Source of the DNA: Candidatus Woesearchaeota archaeon
GTDB lineage: Archaea > Nanobdellota > Nanobdellia > Woesearchaeales > ARS49
Direction: 5' to 3'
Assembly (NCBI GenBank): GCA_016203395.1
Contig: JACQMV010000008.1
Coordinates: 1 to 44,975 of the forward strand
DNA length: 44,975 nt
Position numbers and translations under genes: made by a program. The stretch's first letter is position 1. The number at the start of each line of letters is the position of its first letter. Below, piece after piece: positions 17,527-26,968 of the stretch. Below the pieces are notes generated by a model that saw only the letters and a program-made list of their open reading frames with translations, had not been told where the DNA came from and made no database searches.

Positions 17527-19542
17527 ATGCTTATTCGCCGCCTCAAGCTTAAGAATATTAGAAGTTATGTTGACTCAGAGCTTATTTTTCCTAGAAACTA
17601 TGTTTTGCTTTCTGGCGATATTGGAAGCGGTAAATCCACTGCTTTGCTTGCTATTGAATTTGCTTTGTTCGGCCTTCTTAAGGGAGAATTGACAGGTAGC
17701 GCTTTGCTTAGAAATGGCCGCCATCGTGGCGAGGTTGAGCTTGAATTTGAGATTGATCAGGAAATTGTTGTAATAAAGCGTGTGCTTAAGAGAGGTGAGA
17801 ATAGTGTTGCTCAGGAAGCGGGTGTTTTGGTTGTTAACGGGCACATGCAGGAATTCACTGCTCAGGAGCTTAAAGCAAGAATTTTTGAGCTTTTTGGCTA
17901 TCCTAAGAGCATGATTTCTAAAGGGAAACTGGTTTATCGTTATACTGTGTACACGCCTCAGGAGCACATGAAGCAGATTATTAATGAGGGTGCTGAAGAG
18001 CGTTTGAATGTTATTCGCCAGCTTTTTGACATTGATCGTTTTAAACGGATAAAGGATAATGTTTCTCTTGTAATGCGTAGTTTAAGAGAGCGGTGTCGTG
18101 AATTATTAGGCAGTATTTCTGATTTAGATGAAAAAAGGGCTTTGCTTAAGCGCCACACACAGGAATTATTAGGTCTTTCTGAATCTCTTGGTCCTGTTGA
18201 AATTAAGTTAAAAGAACTGCAGAACGATCTTGTTTTGTCTAAGAAGAAATTATTTTTTTTGGAGGGGCAGGCAGCAAGGGTTTTAGCTGCAAAAACTTCT
18301 TTTAGTATATTAGAAAATGCAGTTATTGGCATTAAGCAGAATTTGGCGCGTTTGATTTCTGAAAAGAATAATTTGTGTGATGAGGTCGCAAAACTAAGAC
18401 AGGGAGGTATTGAGATAGATGGTTCTCAACTTCTTGCTAAAAAGTCAGAGTTTTATAAGCTCCAAGAGAAGATATTTGCAGTTTCAAAAGATCTTGGCGA
18501 GAAAGAATCAATAAAAAAGATAAGTTTTGAAACCAAAAGCAAGATTATGTTTCTTGAACAATGTCCGTTATGCCGTCAGAATGTTAGTATAGAACACAAG
18601 CAATGTATTGGGAAGGAGTGCGATGAAAAAATAAAGGTCGCGAATGAGTCCTTTCGTGTTCTTTCTGAAGAGCAGAATTTATTGAAAGAACAGTTTGTTC
18701 TTTTGCGTTCTGAAATAGAGCGTTTTTCAGAACTGGTTAGTGCGCAGGAGTTGCTTAAGGATCGTGTTGAACGTGCTGAATCAAGAAAAGTATCCTGTGA
18801 AAAAGAAATTTCGTTGTTGGAAGTGCAGTTGGATGATACTGTAAAAAAGATATCCTCTTTTAAGGATATCATGACTCAGCAGGTGGATGTTGAAAGTGAA
18901 AGAAAAAAGCATGAAGATCTTGTTTCCAAACAAAATGAGCAGGCAGTGCAAGCAGCTAATATCCGCGCAAGAAAAGAAATGATTACTTCTATTAGGAATA
19001 TGCTTGATGCAGAAGTTGTTAAAAAGGAGAATTCAAAGGCGCTGTTTGATCGGCTGAATTCAAAGATTGGCTGGTTTGAGAATGAATTTTTGGAGGTTGT
19101 TGAGATTGTTGAGAAAAATATACTTGCAAGGGTTCATTCGCAATTTTCAGAACTCTTTTGTAAATGGTTTTGCATGCTTGTTGATGATCTTGAAGTGCGT
19201 CTTGATGAGGAGTTTACACCAGTTGTTATTCAGAACGGGTACGAAACTGCTCTTGACTGCTTATCAGGCGGAGAGAAAACTGCTTGCGCTTTGGCTTACC
19301 GCCTTGCATTGAACAGAGTTGTAAATGATGCATTAAGCACGATCAGGACTAAAGAGGTTCTTATTCTTGATGAACCAACTGATGGCTTCAGTAATGAACA
19401 ACTTGAGCGTCTTGGAGAGCTTTTGGCAGAGCTTGATTCTGGACAGGTTATAATAGTTAGTCATGAAGCACACATGGAAGCATTTGTTGACTCAGTAATT
19501 CGGTTAAAAAAAGACGAGCATGTCACAAGCATTGCTTATTAG
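17527..19542 (+). CDS. rad50: Rad50/SbcC-like SMC ATPase
   Basis: Walker A GDIGSGKS, Q-loop TPQE, zinc hook CPLC, signature LSGGE, Walker B ILDEPT, VSH. Confidence 0.8.
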   Translation: MLIRRLKLKNIRSYVDSELIFPRNYVLLSGDIGSGKSTALLAIEFALFGLLKGELTGSALLRNGRHRGEVELEFEIDQEIVVIKRVLKRGENSVAQEAGVLVVNGHMQEFTAQELKARIFELFGYPKSMISKGKLVYRYTVYTPQEHMKQIINEGAEERLNVIRQLFDIDRFKRIKDNVSLVMRSLRERCRELLGSISDLDEKRALLKRHTQELLGLSESLGPVEIKLKELQNDLVLSKKKLFFLEGQAARVLAAKTSFSILENAVIGIKQNLARLISEKNNLCDEVAKLRQGGIEIDGSQLLAKKSEFYKLQEKIFAVSKDLGEKESIKKISFETKSKIMFLEQCPLCRQNVSIEHKQCIGKECDEKIKVANESFRVLSEEQNLLKEQFVLLRSEIERFSELVSAQELLKDRVERAESRKVSCEKEISLLEVQLDDTVKKISSFKDIMTQQVDVESERKKHEDLVSKQNEQAVQAANIRARKEMITSIRNMLDAEVVKKENSKALFDRLNSKIGWFENEFLEVVEIVEKNILARVHSQFSELFCKWFCMLVDDLEVRLDEEFTPVVIQNGYETALDCLSGGEKTACALAYRLALNRVVNDALSTIRTKEVLILDEPTDGFSNEQLERLGELLAELDSGQVIIVSHEAHMEAFVDSVIRLKKDEHVTSIAY

Positions 19543-19602
19543 TTCTTACTCAGTCGTGGCATAAGCGATACTTTTATAAACATGTATGCTTGCATCGTGG
19601 CT

Positions 19603-21003
19603 ATGAGGATTACTGCTGCTGTTTTGATTATTTTGTGCGCTTCTTTGGTATTGGCAGGAGAGCAGGCATTTACTTTTGATGCTTCGCCAAGTGAAGTAAA
19701 AATCAGGTTTAATGAAACTGCTGTTTTTAAAACAACCATAACGCACATTAGCAAGGATACAGAAACATTTGAGTTGTTTTCTAATGATGTTTTGTGGGAT
19801 TTGCGAACTTCTGAAGCATTGGTAATCCCTCCAAAGGGTGTTTCTGTTGATGTTTTTCTCAAGCCATTGTTTGCAAAGCCGGGAGTGTATGGCGTTACTT
19901 TGATTCTTAAGAGATCCAAAACAGGTGAAATGAAGCGGCATACTTTGAATGTTGAAGTGTCTTCTGATGTTGCTCAGCAGTATCTTCCTGCTGTGAGAGG
20001 CACGGCATATATTGACAAGTATGTGCGTCCTGACAGGGCAGTTGAGATTACTGTTGATTTAGAAAGCCAGAATAGTGCAGTTATTCCTAAGCTGGTTATT
20101 AAAGCAAGAAGTGCGACAATAAATGCAGACTATGAAACTTCTTTGTTGGCTTTTGAAAAAAAGACAGTCAGGTTTACTGTGCAATTGGACGGTAAAACCT
20201 TGCCTCAGGATGATATTCTTCGCACAACAATTATTGCTTTTGATGAAGAAGGTAAGAGTTATAATTTTGAATCTCCTGCTATAGATTTTCAGATTGTTGA
20301 GTATGGTGATGTGGTTAAGGATTATTCTAATGTCAAACGTTTTCTGAAAAGTCAGCTGAATTTTGTTATTACGAATGATGGCAATGTTCCGAAAGTTTTT
20401 AGGCATGATGAATTCATTGGCTATCCTGCGCTTTGGTTTACTACAAGTTCTCCTTTAGGTATTAAGGAACGTGGTCGTATTTATTGGGATATTGCTTTGA
20501 ATGTTGGTGAATCAAGAGAGTTTATTGTCGTGACTAATTATTGGGGCGGCTTTCTCGTTTTGTTGATTGCCGTTTTGATTATTATCTCTTATTACATCTT
20601 CAGAAGTCCTGTTGTTCTTAAGAAAACATCCAGAATTGTGAGCACAAGGGAAGGAGGTATCAGTGAGCTAAAAATTCTTATTTGTGCTCATAACAGAAGC
20701 AGGCGTGCTGTAAAAAACATTCGTATTATTGATCTTGTTCCGAGAATTGCAGAGTATCTGAAGCAGGTTGATCCGGGGAGTATTGAGCCGTTTTCTATTG
20801 TTACTCATGAACAGAAAGGTTCAATAATCAAGTGGCGTGTTCATTGTCTTGAACCGGGTGAAGAACGTATTATTGTGTACAGAATTAGGGCGAAATTCGC
20901 AATTATTGGAGGAGTTCGTCTTCCTATTGCTTCTTCAAGATTTGAATCCTCTATAGGGAATGAACGCACTATCAACAGCAATTCTCCAGTTATCTCATTA
21001 TGA
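19603..21003 (+). CDS. Membrane-anchored surface protein with Ig-like domains
   Basis: Signal peptide MRITAAVLIILCASLVLA, beta-rich domains (ITNDGNV), internal transmembrane helix, C-terminal DUF11-like domain. Confidence 0.7.
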   Translation: MRITAAVLIILCASLVLAGEQAFTFDASPSEVKIRFNETAVFKTTITHISKDTETFELFSNDVLWDLRTSEALVIPPKGVSVDVFLKPLFAKPGVYGVTLILKRSKTGEMKRHTLNVEVSSDVAQQYLPAVRGTAYIDKYVRPDRAVEITVDLESQNSAVIPKLVIKARSATINADYETSLLAFEKKTVRFTVQLDGKTLPQDDILRTTIIAFDEEGKSYNFESPAIDFQIVEYGDVVKDYSNVKRFLKSQLNFVITNDGNVPKVFRHDEFIGYPALWFTTSSPLGIKERGRIYWDIALNVGESREFIVVTNYWGGFLVLLIAVLIIISYYIFRSPVVLKKTSRIVSTREGGISELKILICAHNRSRRAVKNIRIIDLVPRIAEYLKQVDPGSIEPFSIVTHEQKGSIIKWRVHCLEPGEERIIVYRIRAKFAIIGGVRLPIASSRFESSIGNERTINSNSPVISL

Positions 21004-21016
21004 AAAAGCTAGTTTT

Positions 21017-21126
21017 GCAATAACAACATCCTCTTTAATCAGTATTAGCAGTTGTTGCAAGCACAGGGTAAGGGGCATGTCAAACGACAAGACAGGGTGC
21101 TCAACTTTTGATTATTAGTGACTGTG
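21017..21126 (-). repeat. Partial family A copy A5
   Basis: Reverse complement contains TGTCTTGTCGTT...CCCTTACC...TGCTTGCAACAACTGCTAATACTGATTAAAGAGGATGTTGTTATT (compare 17118-17155). Confidence 0.8.
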
Positions 21127-21213
21127 TAAGATCTTGAGATAGGGTAATCAAAACATAATTACTTGGTTACGAAAGTGCAAACATTTTTATAAGAGAAACC
21201 GTGCAGTCAGTTT

Positions 21214-21888
21214 ATGAAGCTGCCTTTATTTCTTGTCAATTTTAAGGCATACCCGCAAGCAACAGGCAAAAATGCAGTTTTGTTAGCAAAAAAATGCCAG
21301 CGTGTTGCCAAAAAACTGAACATTTCTATTATTCCATGTGTTCAGGCAGCAGATATATCTTTAGTTGCGCACAAAGTTTCTATTCCAGTATTTGCCCAGC
21401 ATGTTGATACTGCCCCCGGAGCACACACTGGCAATATTGTATTAACCAGCGTTATTTCAGCAGGCGCAAAAGGAACCTTGCTTAATCATGCGGAAAGAAC
21501 ACTTTCTTTTTCAACAATAAAACAAACTGTTGCTGAATGCAAAAAAATCAGGTTCCCTGTTGTGGTGTGTGCTTCAACGCCTAAGGAAGCAAAAAGAATG
21601 GCATCTTTAAAACCATTTGCTGTTGCTATTGAGCCACCTGAACTAATTGGCACAGGAATTAGCGTAAGCCGGGCAAATCCGGGGATAATAAAAAAAAGTG
21701 TGGCTTTAAAAGTTCCTGTGTTGTGCGGCGCAGGAATCTCTTCAAAAGAAGATGTTGCTAAAGCGTTAGAATTAGGAGCAAAAGGTGTTCTTGTTGCTTC
21801 TGCCGTCGTCCTGTCCGGGCATCAGGAAAAAACGATATACTTGCTTGGTTTAGGAATAAAGAATTATTCCTGCTTAACTTCTATTTGA
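21214..21888 (+). CDS. tpiA: Triosephosphate isomerase (archaeal type)
   Basis: VNFKAY, NHAE, AIEPPELIG, CGAGI, GVLVAS. Confidence 0.95.
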   Translation: MKLPLFLVNFKAYPQATGKNAVLLAKKCQRVAKKLNISIIPCVQAADISLVAHKVSIPVFAQHVDTAPGAHTGNIVLTSVISAGAKGTLLNHAERTLSFSTIKQTVAECKKIRFPVVVCASTPKEAKRMASLKPFAVAIEPPELIGTGISVSRANPGIIKKSVALKVPVLCGAGISSKEDVAKALELGAKGVLVASAVVLSGHQEKTIYLLGLGIKNYSCLTSI

Positions 21889-22454
21889 AGAACTCTGTCT
21901 CCATAAACAGGTGTTGATGGTGTACAGTCAATTGATTCTACAAGCCCTGTTGATGATAAAGTAACACACACGTTAAAGTAATAAGTTCCTTTTTCAACAT
22001 CATGAGGAGCTTTCAGGTATATTTTTGTGTTTGTGTTTTGATTAATATCAATACTGAGTATTTGCGCTGCAAGATTCTCTGTCCATGCTCTATGCAGCTG
22101 ATTTATTTTTGCAGGACTGGTTACTGACAACAACTGATTGTTTATTAAAGCATCATCCAGTTGTACTGTTATCTGAAAATCCTGTTTTGCAGAAAGAACA
22201 TTTCGTACGCCTATACCGAAGAAATGCTTCTGCCCTTTTTTCAGTGTTGTAGTTGAGTAAGGCATTGCTACAAGCGAGCCCTCTTCTGCAATTAAACGCT
22301 CAATCTCTGCCTCAGTCTTTTCCTGCAGCTGCTTTTCAATATCTTTTGCACCTGTAAATACGTTTCTGAGAAAAATAAGCGACAAACCAAATATCAAAAT
22401 CGTTATGATTAGAATAACTGCCATCGTGATACTAATCTCCACACCTTTTCGCAT
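21864..22454 (-). CDS. Type IV pilin-like protein
   Basis: Class III-like signal MRKG|VEISITMAVILIITILIFG; C-terminal Cys pair. Confidence 0.7.
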   Translation of the reverse strand: MRKGVEISITMAVILIITILIFGLSLIFLRNVFTGAKDIEKQLQEKTEAEIERLIAEEGSLVAMPYSTTTLKKGQKHFFGIGVRNVLSAKQDFQITVQLDDALINNQLLSVTSPAKINQLHRAWTENLAAQILSIDINQNTNTKIYLKAPHDVEKGTYYFNVCVTLSSTGLVESIDCTPSTPVYGDRVLQIEVKQE

Positions 22455-22502
22455 ATCTTCTGGTCGCAATTCGTATTATTTAATAGTTTCTAGTCCACAA
22501 TA

Positions 22503-22970
22503 CTGCTAACGACAATGAAGGAACACTCATAGGGCATGTAGCGTATGCAAATATTTCCCCGCAGCTGCTAATATCTATCAAAGACTGTGTTGTTATTTTC
22601 CGCAGCCCTTGTGGCTTGACTCATGATTCGGTTTCTTGTTTTGTTGTCATACTCAGCCCTTACCATGTGCTTTTAACTGCTAATATCTATCAAAGAATGT
22701 GTTGTTATTTCCTAGCAGCCATTGTGGCTTGATGAGTAGTTTGAAGGTATTTTGTTTTGTTGTCACACCAAGCCCTTACCTTTTGTTTGCGTTGTGTTTG
22801 CAACCGGCTGCAACAAAGGGCATTGCTCATGACAAGCAATACACCGAATTGCGTTAGAGCTAACAGTCAGAGCGCATGACCTGTTGATAAATTGTGATCT
22901 GATTTAAGATAAGAATTAGCAAGGGCTGTGGAAAAAATGCAAAATCAGTGAGGGTATGCTCTGGCAGGGG
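22503..22970 (+). repeat. Family A copy A6 with an internal tandem duplication (core 22716-22883)
   Basis: CTGCTAATATCTATCAAAGA...GCAGCC.TTGTGGCTTGA...GCCCTTACC occurs at 22565 and 22677. Confidence 0.92.
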
Positions 22971-23023
22971 AAACATAGGTCTATCTGTTCATACTATAAA
23001 ATAGCTGCAGATTATTGTTTTGC

Positions 23024-23251
23024 CTATCTCAGGTGCTCAAATTCTTTTATGACAATCCACGAAAATAGTGCTAATGTTATTGCTCCTGCAACAAGGTAGG
23101 GTACTGATGCTTTGAAGCTGTCGGTTATGCTTACATAAAGTCCCCAGCCCATGAATGCAGTGCCTATCCATAAGAACTTATCTAGCACCATTGACATTAT
23201 TCTGAATTCTTCGTGTTCTGTCAGCACTCTTTTTCTTAGTCGCTTTGCCAT
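23024..23251 (-). CDS. Small membrane protein with two transmembrane helices
   Basis: 75 aa with two hydrophobic segments; starts 2 nt after the pilin stop. Confidence 0.75.
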   Translation of the reverse strand: MAKRLRKRVLTEHEEFRIMSMVLDKFLWIGTAFMGWGLYVSITDSFKASVPYLVAGAITLALFSWIVIKEFEHLR

Positions 23252-23253
23252 TT

Positions 23254-23838
23254 TTATTCCACCGTTATAAAGAAGGGAATTGATGCGTATGTTGCGTAGG
23301 TAGCGCTAGCACAATCTCCCGCTGTTGTTACAGCAGTTTCTTTAGCAACATCTAACTTCATCTGGAATGTGGTTTTGCCTAAACTAGATGGAACTTGTAG
23401 TTTTGTAGGTATAACCGTCACATCATTTCCTTCAACTTGTATAGTGCTAAACAATCTTGAAAACCAAGGTTCTATCGCACCGTCGCCGCCTACAATAGTA
23501 CTAGGGCATGGTGTTACTATATCTGTGCTTTGTATGCAGTTGATTTGTATTTGAAAGCATTTTGATGCTGAATCACTATTTGAAATTCCTAGATTTAAGT
23601 CAAGTGGTTTTCCTTGTTTTACTTTAATGTCTTTTCCTGCGTCAAAACCAGCACTGATTCCTTCGCTTGCAAATGTTTCTTTAAGCGTATCTTTGACCTT
23701 TTCTAATTGCCCACTTAGCAGTGTTGTTCCTGCCCCAAATAAGCTTTTGATAAAGAATATCGCAAATCCTAATACTGTTATTGCTATTATTAAAACAACT
23801 ATTGCTGTTATTGATAGTTCTAAAGCGCCTTTTTTCAT
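23254..23838 (-). CDS. Type IV pilin-like protein
   Basis: MKKGA|LELSITAIVVLIIAITVLG class III-like signal; paralogous to 21864-22454. Confidence 0.75.
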   Translation of the reverse strand: MKKGALELSITAIVVLIIAITVLGFAIFFIKSLFGAGTTLLSGQLEKVKDTLKETFASEGISAGFDAGKDIKVKQGKPLDLNLGISNSDSASKCFQIQINCIQSTDIVTPCPSTIVGGDGAIEPWFSRLFSTIQVEGNDVTVIPTKLQVPSSLGKTTFQMKLDVAKETAVTTAGDCASATYATYASIPFFITVE

Positions 23839-23934
23839 ATCACACCTCTTTTTAGTTATTTCAAGAACACTCATTTATATAACTTTCTGTTTTCTGACCA
23901 TTAGGTTCTTATATTGTAAAGTTTTTTTAGTTAT

Positions 23935-24543
23935 ATGGGTATAGAAAGATTTTGGGTGGTTGATGATACTGACAGACCGTTGATGACTGCTAACTGGGAT
24001 ACGATTCATAATAAGCATGCGCCATTACGCCACAGGGCTGTTGCAGTGCTGATGTATAAAACTCCTGAAAAACAAGAGCTGCTCATTTCCCGGCGTGGTG
24101 AAAAAGTCAAGTATGGTCAAGGAAAATGGCAAGCTTCTGCTGCAGGTCATGTTTCTCACCCGTTTACCTATCCTGAAGCAGCTAAGGCAGAAACATTAGA
24201 AGAACTATTTTACAACAATGTTCTTCCTGATATTAAGTTTGACTGGGTAGGCAGGGTTATTCATTCAAGTAGGACTGAGAATCTTGAGATTGTTGGTGTT
24301 TTTGAAGTGGTTTATAATGGCTCTGTGTTTTTGAACCATGATGAATCTGCTGAGGTTAGATGGAAACAGTATTCTGAGCTAAATGCAGAAATTATAGATG
24401 CTCAGCCGTGCGCTAATATGTATACTAAGACATTCGTGAATGTCATGCTTGCATATTCCAGATGGCGTGATGGAGACAATAAAGCAATACTTCCTCCTTT
24501 TAGCGAACCTGTGCTTGATGATAAACCTCCTCTAACATTTTGA
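23935..24543 (+). CDS. NUDIX-fold protein (type 1 IPP isomerase-like)
   Basis: LRHRAVAV, ASAAGHV, AAKAETLEEL, ENLEI; lacks the catalytic Cys of IDI-1. Confidence 0.7.
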   Translation: MGIERFWVVDDTDRPLMTANWDTIHNKHAPLRHRAVAVLMYKTPEKQELLISRRGEKVKYGQGKWQASAAGHVSHPFTYPEAAKAETLEELFYNNVLPDIKFDWVGRVIHSSRTENLEIVGVFEVVYNGSVFLNHDESAEVRWKQYSELNAEIIDAQPCANMYTKTFVNVMLAYSRWRDGDNKAILPPFSEPVLDDKPPLTF

Positions 24544-24570
24544 AGTAAGACCGTCTGATAATAAGTAATT

Positions 24571-24664
24571 TATGGCAAACGAAATAAATTTTCGCATATG
24601 TTTCGTTTGCTATATGAGGAAGAATTTACTATTTTTATACGATTATTAAATTCTTCCGCGATAG
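24571..24664 (-). repeat. Family B copy B2
   Basis: Reverse complement of B1/B4; ends ~26 nt from the 3' end of tRNA-Val. Confidence 0.92.
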
Positions 24665-24690
24665 TCATTCACTAACGCTCAATCTGTCTA

Positions 24691-24763
24691 TGGGCCCGGC
24701 CAGGTTCGAACTGGCGACCTCATCCACGTCAAGGATGCGTCATGACCACTAGACCACGGGCCC
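24691..24763 (-). tRNA. tRNA-Val(GAC)
   Basis: Acceptor stem GGGCCCG/CGGGCCC; anticodon arm CATCC-TTGACGT-GGATG; T arm GCCAG-TTCGAAC-CTGGC; no intron. Confidence 0.95.
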
Positions 24764-24818
24764 TTGACAGCACCCTATCATGCGCAGGTTTATAAGGATA
24801 ATTATTCCTTGGCTGCTT

Positions 24819-25103
24819 ATGAGACCATTACTGGTTAGTGGTTTGTGTGTAATTCTCGGTTGTGTTTCTCCTTCCCAAAAGAAGAGTTCTTTTACTGATT
24901 TTGTTGATTATAATAAGGATGGTAAGATGGACAGAAGAACTACGTTTGTTGAAGAAAATAAATACCTTTTGCTTCCTAAAGATGCCCGGCTTCGTGGCAG
25001 CTCTTCAGAAAGGCGTAATGTTGTCAGTAAGTATATTGAAATAATGCAGGATGATGGCAGCTATGCTCCTCAGATGCTTATATCTATTGATATTGCAGAT
25101 TAG
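24819..25103 (+). CDS. Hypothetical lipoprotein-like protein
   Basis: MRPLLVSGLCVILGC lipobox-like N-terminus; DYNKDGKMD (DxDxDG-like loop); TATA at ~24790. Confidence 0.55.
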   Translation: MRPLLVSGLCVILGCVSPSQKKSSFTDFVDYNKDGKMDRRTTFVEENKYLLLPKDARLRGSSSERRNVVSKYIEIMQDDGSYAPQMLISIDIAD

Positions 25104-25113
25104 AGTGTGCATT

Positions 25114-25770
25114 TCAAGCATTTTTTATTAGCTGTTTGATTGCGTTGTATCCTGCTGTGAGGTGTTTTTCTCTTACTATAATTGTTAGTTCCGTGAATGT
25201 TGACACGAGTTCTACTATTGGTATTGATTCCCATGCTAATGTTCTTGTTGCCATGAACAAAAGCCCGACTTCGTTTATTGCTGTTGGTGGCAGTTTGATT
25301 GTTATTGATGTCAATCCTTCAATCTCGCTAAGTATCTTTTCTCCTTTAAGTGTGCTGAAGAACTGTTTTTTGTATCTTTTGTTTGAGATTATTGTTGCCT
25401 GGTGCACTCCCTGTGTTATTGTGAGGAAGTCGCCTTGATCAAAATTAACCTTATCATATAATGACTTCAGTATTTTGAATAGAGTGGATGATTTAAGTAA
25501 GGTTATTTCAAATAATTCTGATTGCAGCACTATGTCTGTGTCTTTGTCAAATCTTATTTTATCTGTAAAGCCAGTTTGTAGTTTTTCGCTTAGCCGCCTT
25601 AATGCCATTGTTATTGCTTGGTTTTTTGCGGTTTTACCTGTCTCTTGTTCAATTTCTTTTTTCATTAGTTCTGCTAAGTTTGCGTAATTGATTACTGCTT
25701 TTGAGAGCCCTTCTTGCAGGAATGGTCTTCTTCTTACAATCTCCTCAACAGCTCTTGCAATGCTTGCCAT
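25114..25770 (-). CDS. ACT-domain protein with an N-terminal helical (possible HTH) domain
   Basis: INYANLA...AITMALRR, IVELVSTFTELTIIV. Confidence 0.75.
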   Translation of the reverse strand: MASIARAVEEIVRRRPFLQEGLSKAVINYANLAELMKKEIEQETGKTAKNQAITMALRRLSEKLQTGFTDKIRFDKDTDIVLQSELFEITLLKSSTLFKILKSLYDKVNFDQGDFLTITQGVHQATIISNKRYKKQFFSTLKGEKILSEIEGLTSITIKLPPTAINEVGLLFMATRTLAWESIPIVELVSTFTELTIIVREKHLTAGYNAIKQLIKNA

Positions 25771-25789
25771 AACTTTTTAACAGCATTTT

Positions 25790-25805
25790 TGTTATTATAA
25801 TAACA
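25790..25805. promoter_or_regulatory. Perfect 16-bp palindrome in the divergent promoter region
   Basis: TGTTATTATAATAACA is its own reverse complement and contains a TATA-like core. Confidence 0.5.
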
Positions 25806-25840
25806 TCATGTTAATATTCCTTTCGGTTTTTGTTATTGCT

Positions 25841-26968
25841 ATGCAAACACACAGTTGGGAACGGATGGACAGATGCTGTCTTGTTGGGCGACAGGAGCAT
25901 CATGTTATAGAAAGTGCTATCAGAAATACGCAGTATGGTGATATTGTTTTTGAGGAATTGCGTCCTTTTCTTGAAAAGGAGCATTGTTCTATTAGTGCAG
26001 TTGTTAATGGATGCCTTCAGGCATTATCTTTCTTTACTTATGACATAGAAAGAAACAGTAGGGTGAAACCAACCAGTGAGCTTATTGCTTTTGCTGCAAC
26101 AAGGCAGTCAGCATTTGATCTTGTGGGCTATTGGAAAACACATTTCAGCCCGGTTAATGGCTGCCAGAGATTATGCAATATTCGCGTGGCTCTGGATGAC
26201 ATCTGTGGCAGTAGGTTTATTGCAGAGGCGTTGAACGCTCATGGCTTCAGGGTTGAGGCAGTTCTTCCTGATTATTTTAAGATTGGAGAACATTCTTTTT
26301 CTGTTGCAGAATATGCCTTTAATACTTCTGAACGGGATGCAGTGTTTCCTGAAAGAGATGCTTTGCTTCCAAAGATCATGAATGATGTTTTTCTGAACTC
26401 TGATGTTGTGGCTTACCCGAATGCATGGCTTAATAGCATGTGCAAAAAGCTATCTGGGGCTTTTGAGCTTAGAAGAGCAGTGTTGAATGATTCAGCCATG
26501 ATTGTTGAGTTGTTATCTCATGTTTTTCCCATTTATGGAACATGTAATCTTGCTGAAGCAATCCCTGTGATGCTGAGCAACAATAGCTCTGTTGCGCCTA
26601 TTGTTTATGTTAGTGCAGATAGAACATCAGGAAGAGTTGTTGGAACTTGTACTGTTGAGAAGTATCCTTTTGCGACAGCAGAACTTACTGATGTTGCGGT
26701 TCATCCTGACTTTAATGGTAATGGATTGGGAACTGCTTTGTGTTATCTTGCTTTGTGTGAAGCCAGATGTCATGGTGTTTTGCATTATTATTGTGATGAC
26801 GTTCCTGATTCACCTATGAATAAAGTAGCAAAGCGTTTAGGTGCTTCTCTTTGCGGGATTCATCGTTGCCATGTGAGAATCAGCACTCGCAATCTTCGTG
26901 ATGCTCTTGGCAGGGACGATGCCTATGTTGATTTAGTAGTGTGTTCTGGCTCAACGGAGTTTGTATGA
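25841..26968 (+). CDS. GNAT acetyltransferase, resembling beta-lysine N-acetyltransferase (AblB/YodP-like)
   Basis: AELTDVAVHPDFNGNGLG, MNKVAKRLG, N-terminal EAVLPDYF; start codon uncertain (25808 or 25841). Confidence 0.65.
   Translation: MQTHSWERMDRCCLVGRQEHHVIESAIRNTQYGDIVFEELRPFLEKEHCSISAVVNGCLQALSFFTYDIERNSRVKPTSELIAFAATRQSAFDLVGYWKTHFSPVNGCQRLCNIRVALDDICGSRFIAEALNAHGFRVEAVLPDYFKIGEHSFSVAEYAFNTSERDAVFPERDALLPKIMNDVFLNSDVVAYPNAWLNSMCKKLSGAFELRRAVLNDSAMIVELLSHVFPIYGTCNLAEAIPVMLSNNSSVAPIVYVSADRTSGRVVGTCTVEKYPFATAELTDVAVHPDFNGNGLGTALCYLALCEARCHGVLHYYCDDVPDSPMNKVAKRLGASLCGIHRCHVRISTRNLRDALGRDDAYVDLVVCSGSTEFV

Noticed and set aside
23935-24543. Calling the NUDIX protein idi
   Set aside because: The catalytic Cys motif reads ASAAGH and no isoprenoid genes are adjacent, so it is left as NUDIX-fold.
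24571-24763. Integrated element at tRNA-Val or tRNA-Lys
   Set aside because: No integrase gene and no duplicated tRNA 3' end (att site) were seen in the window.
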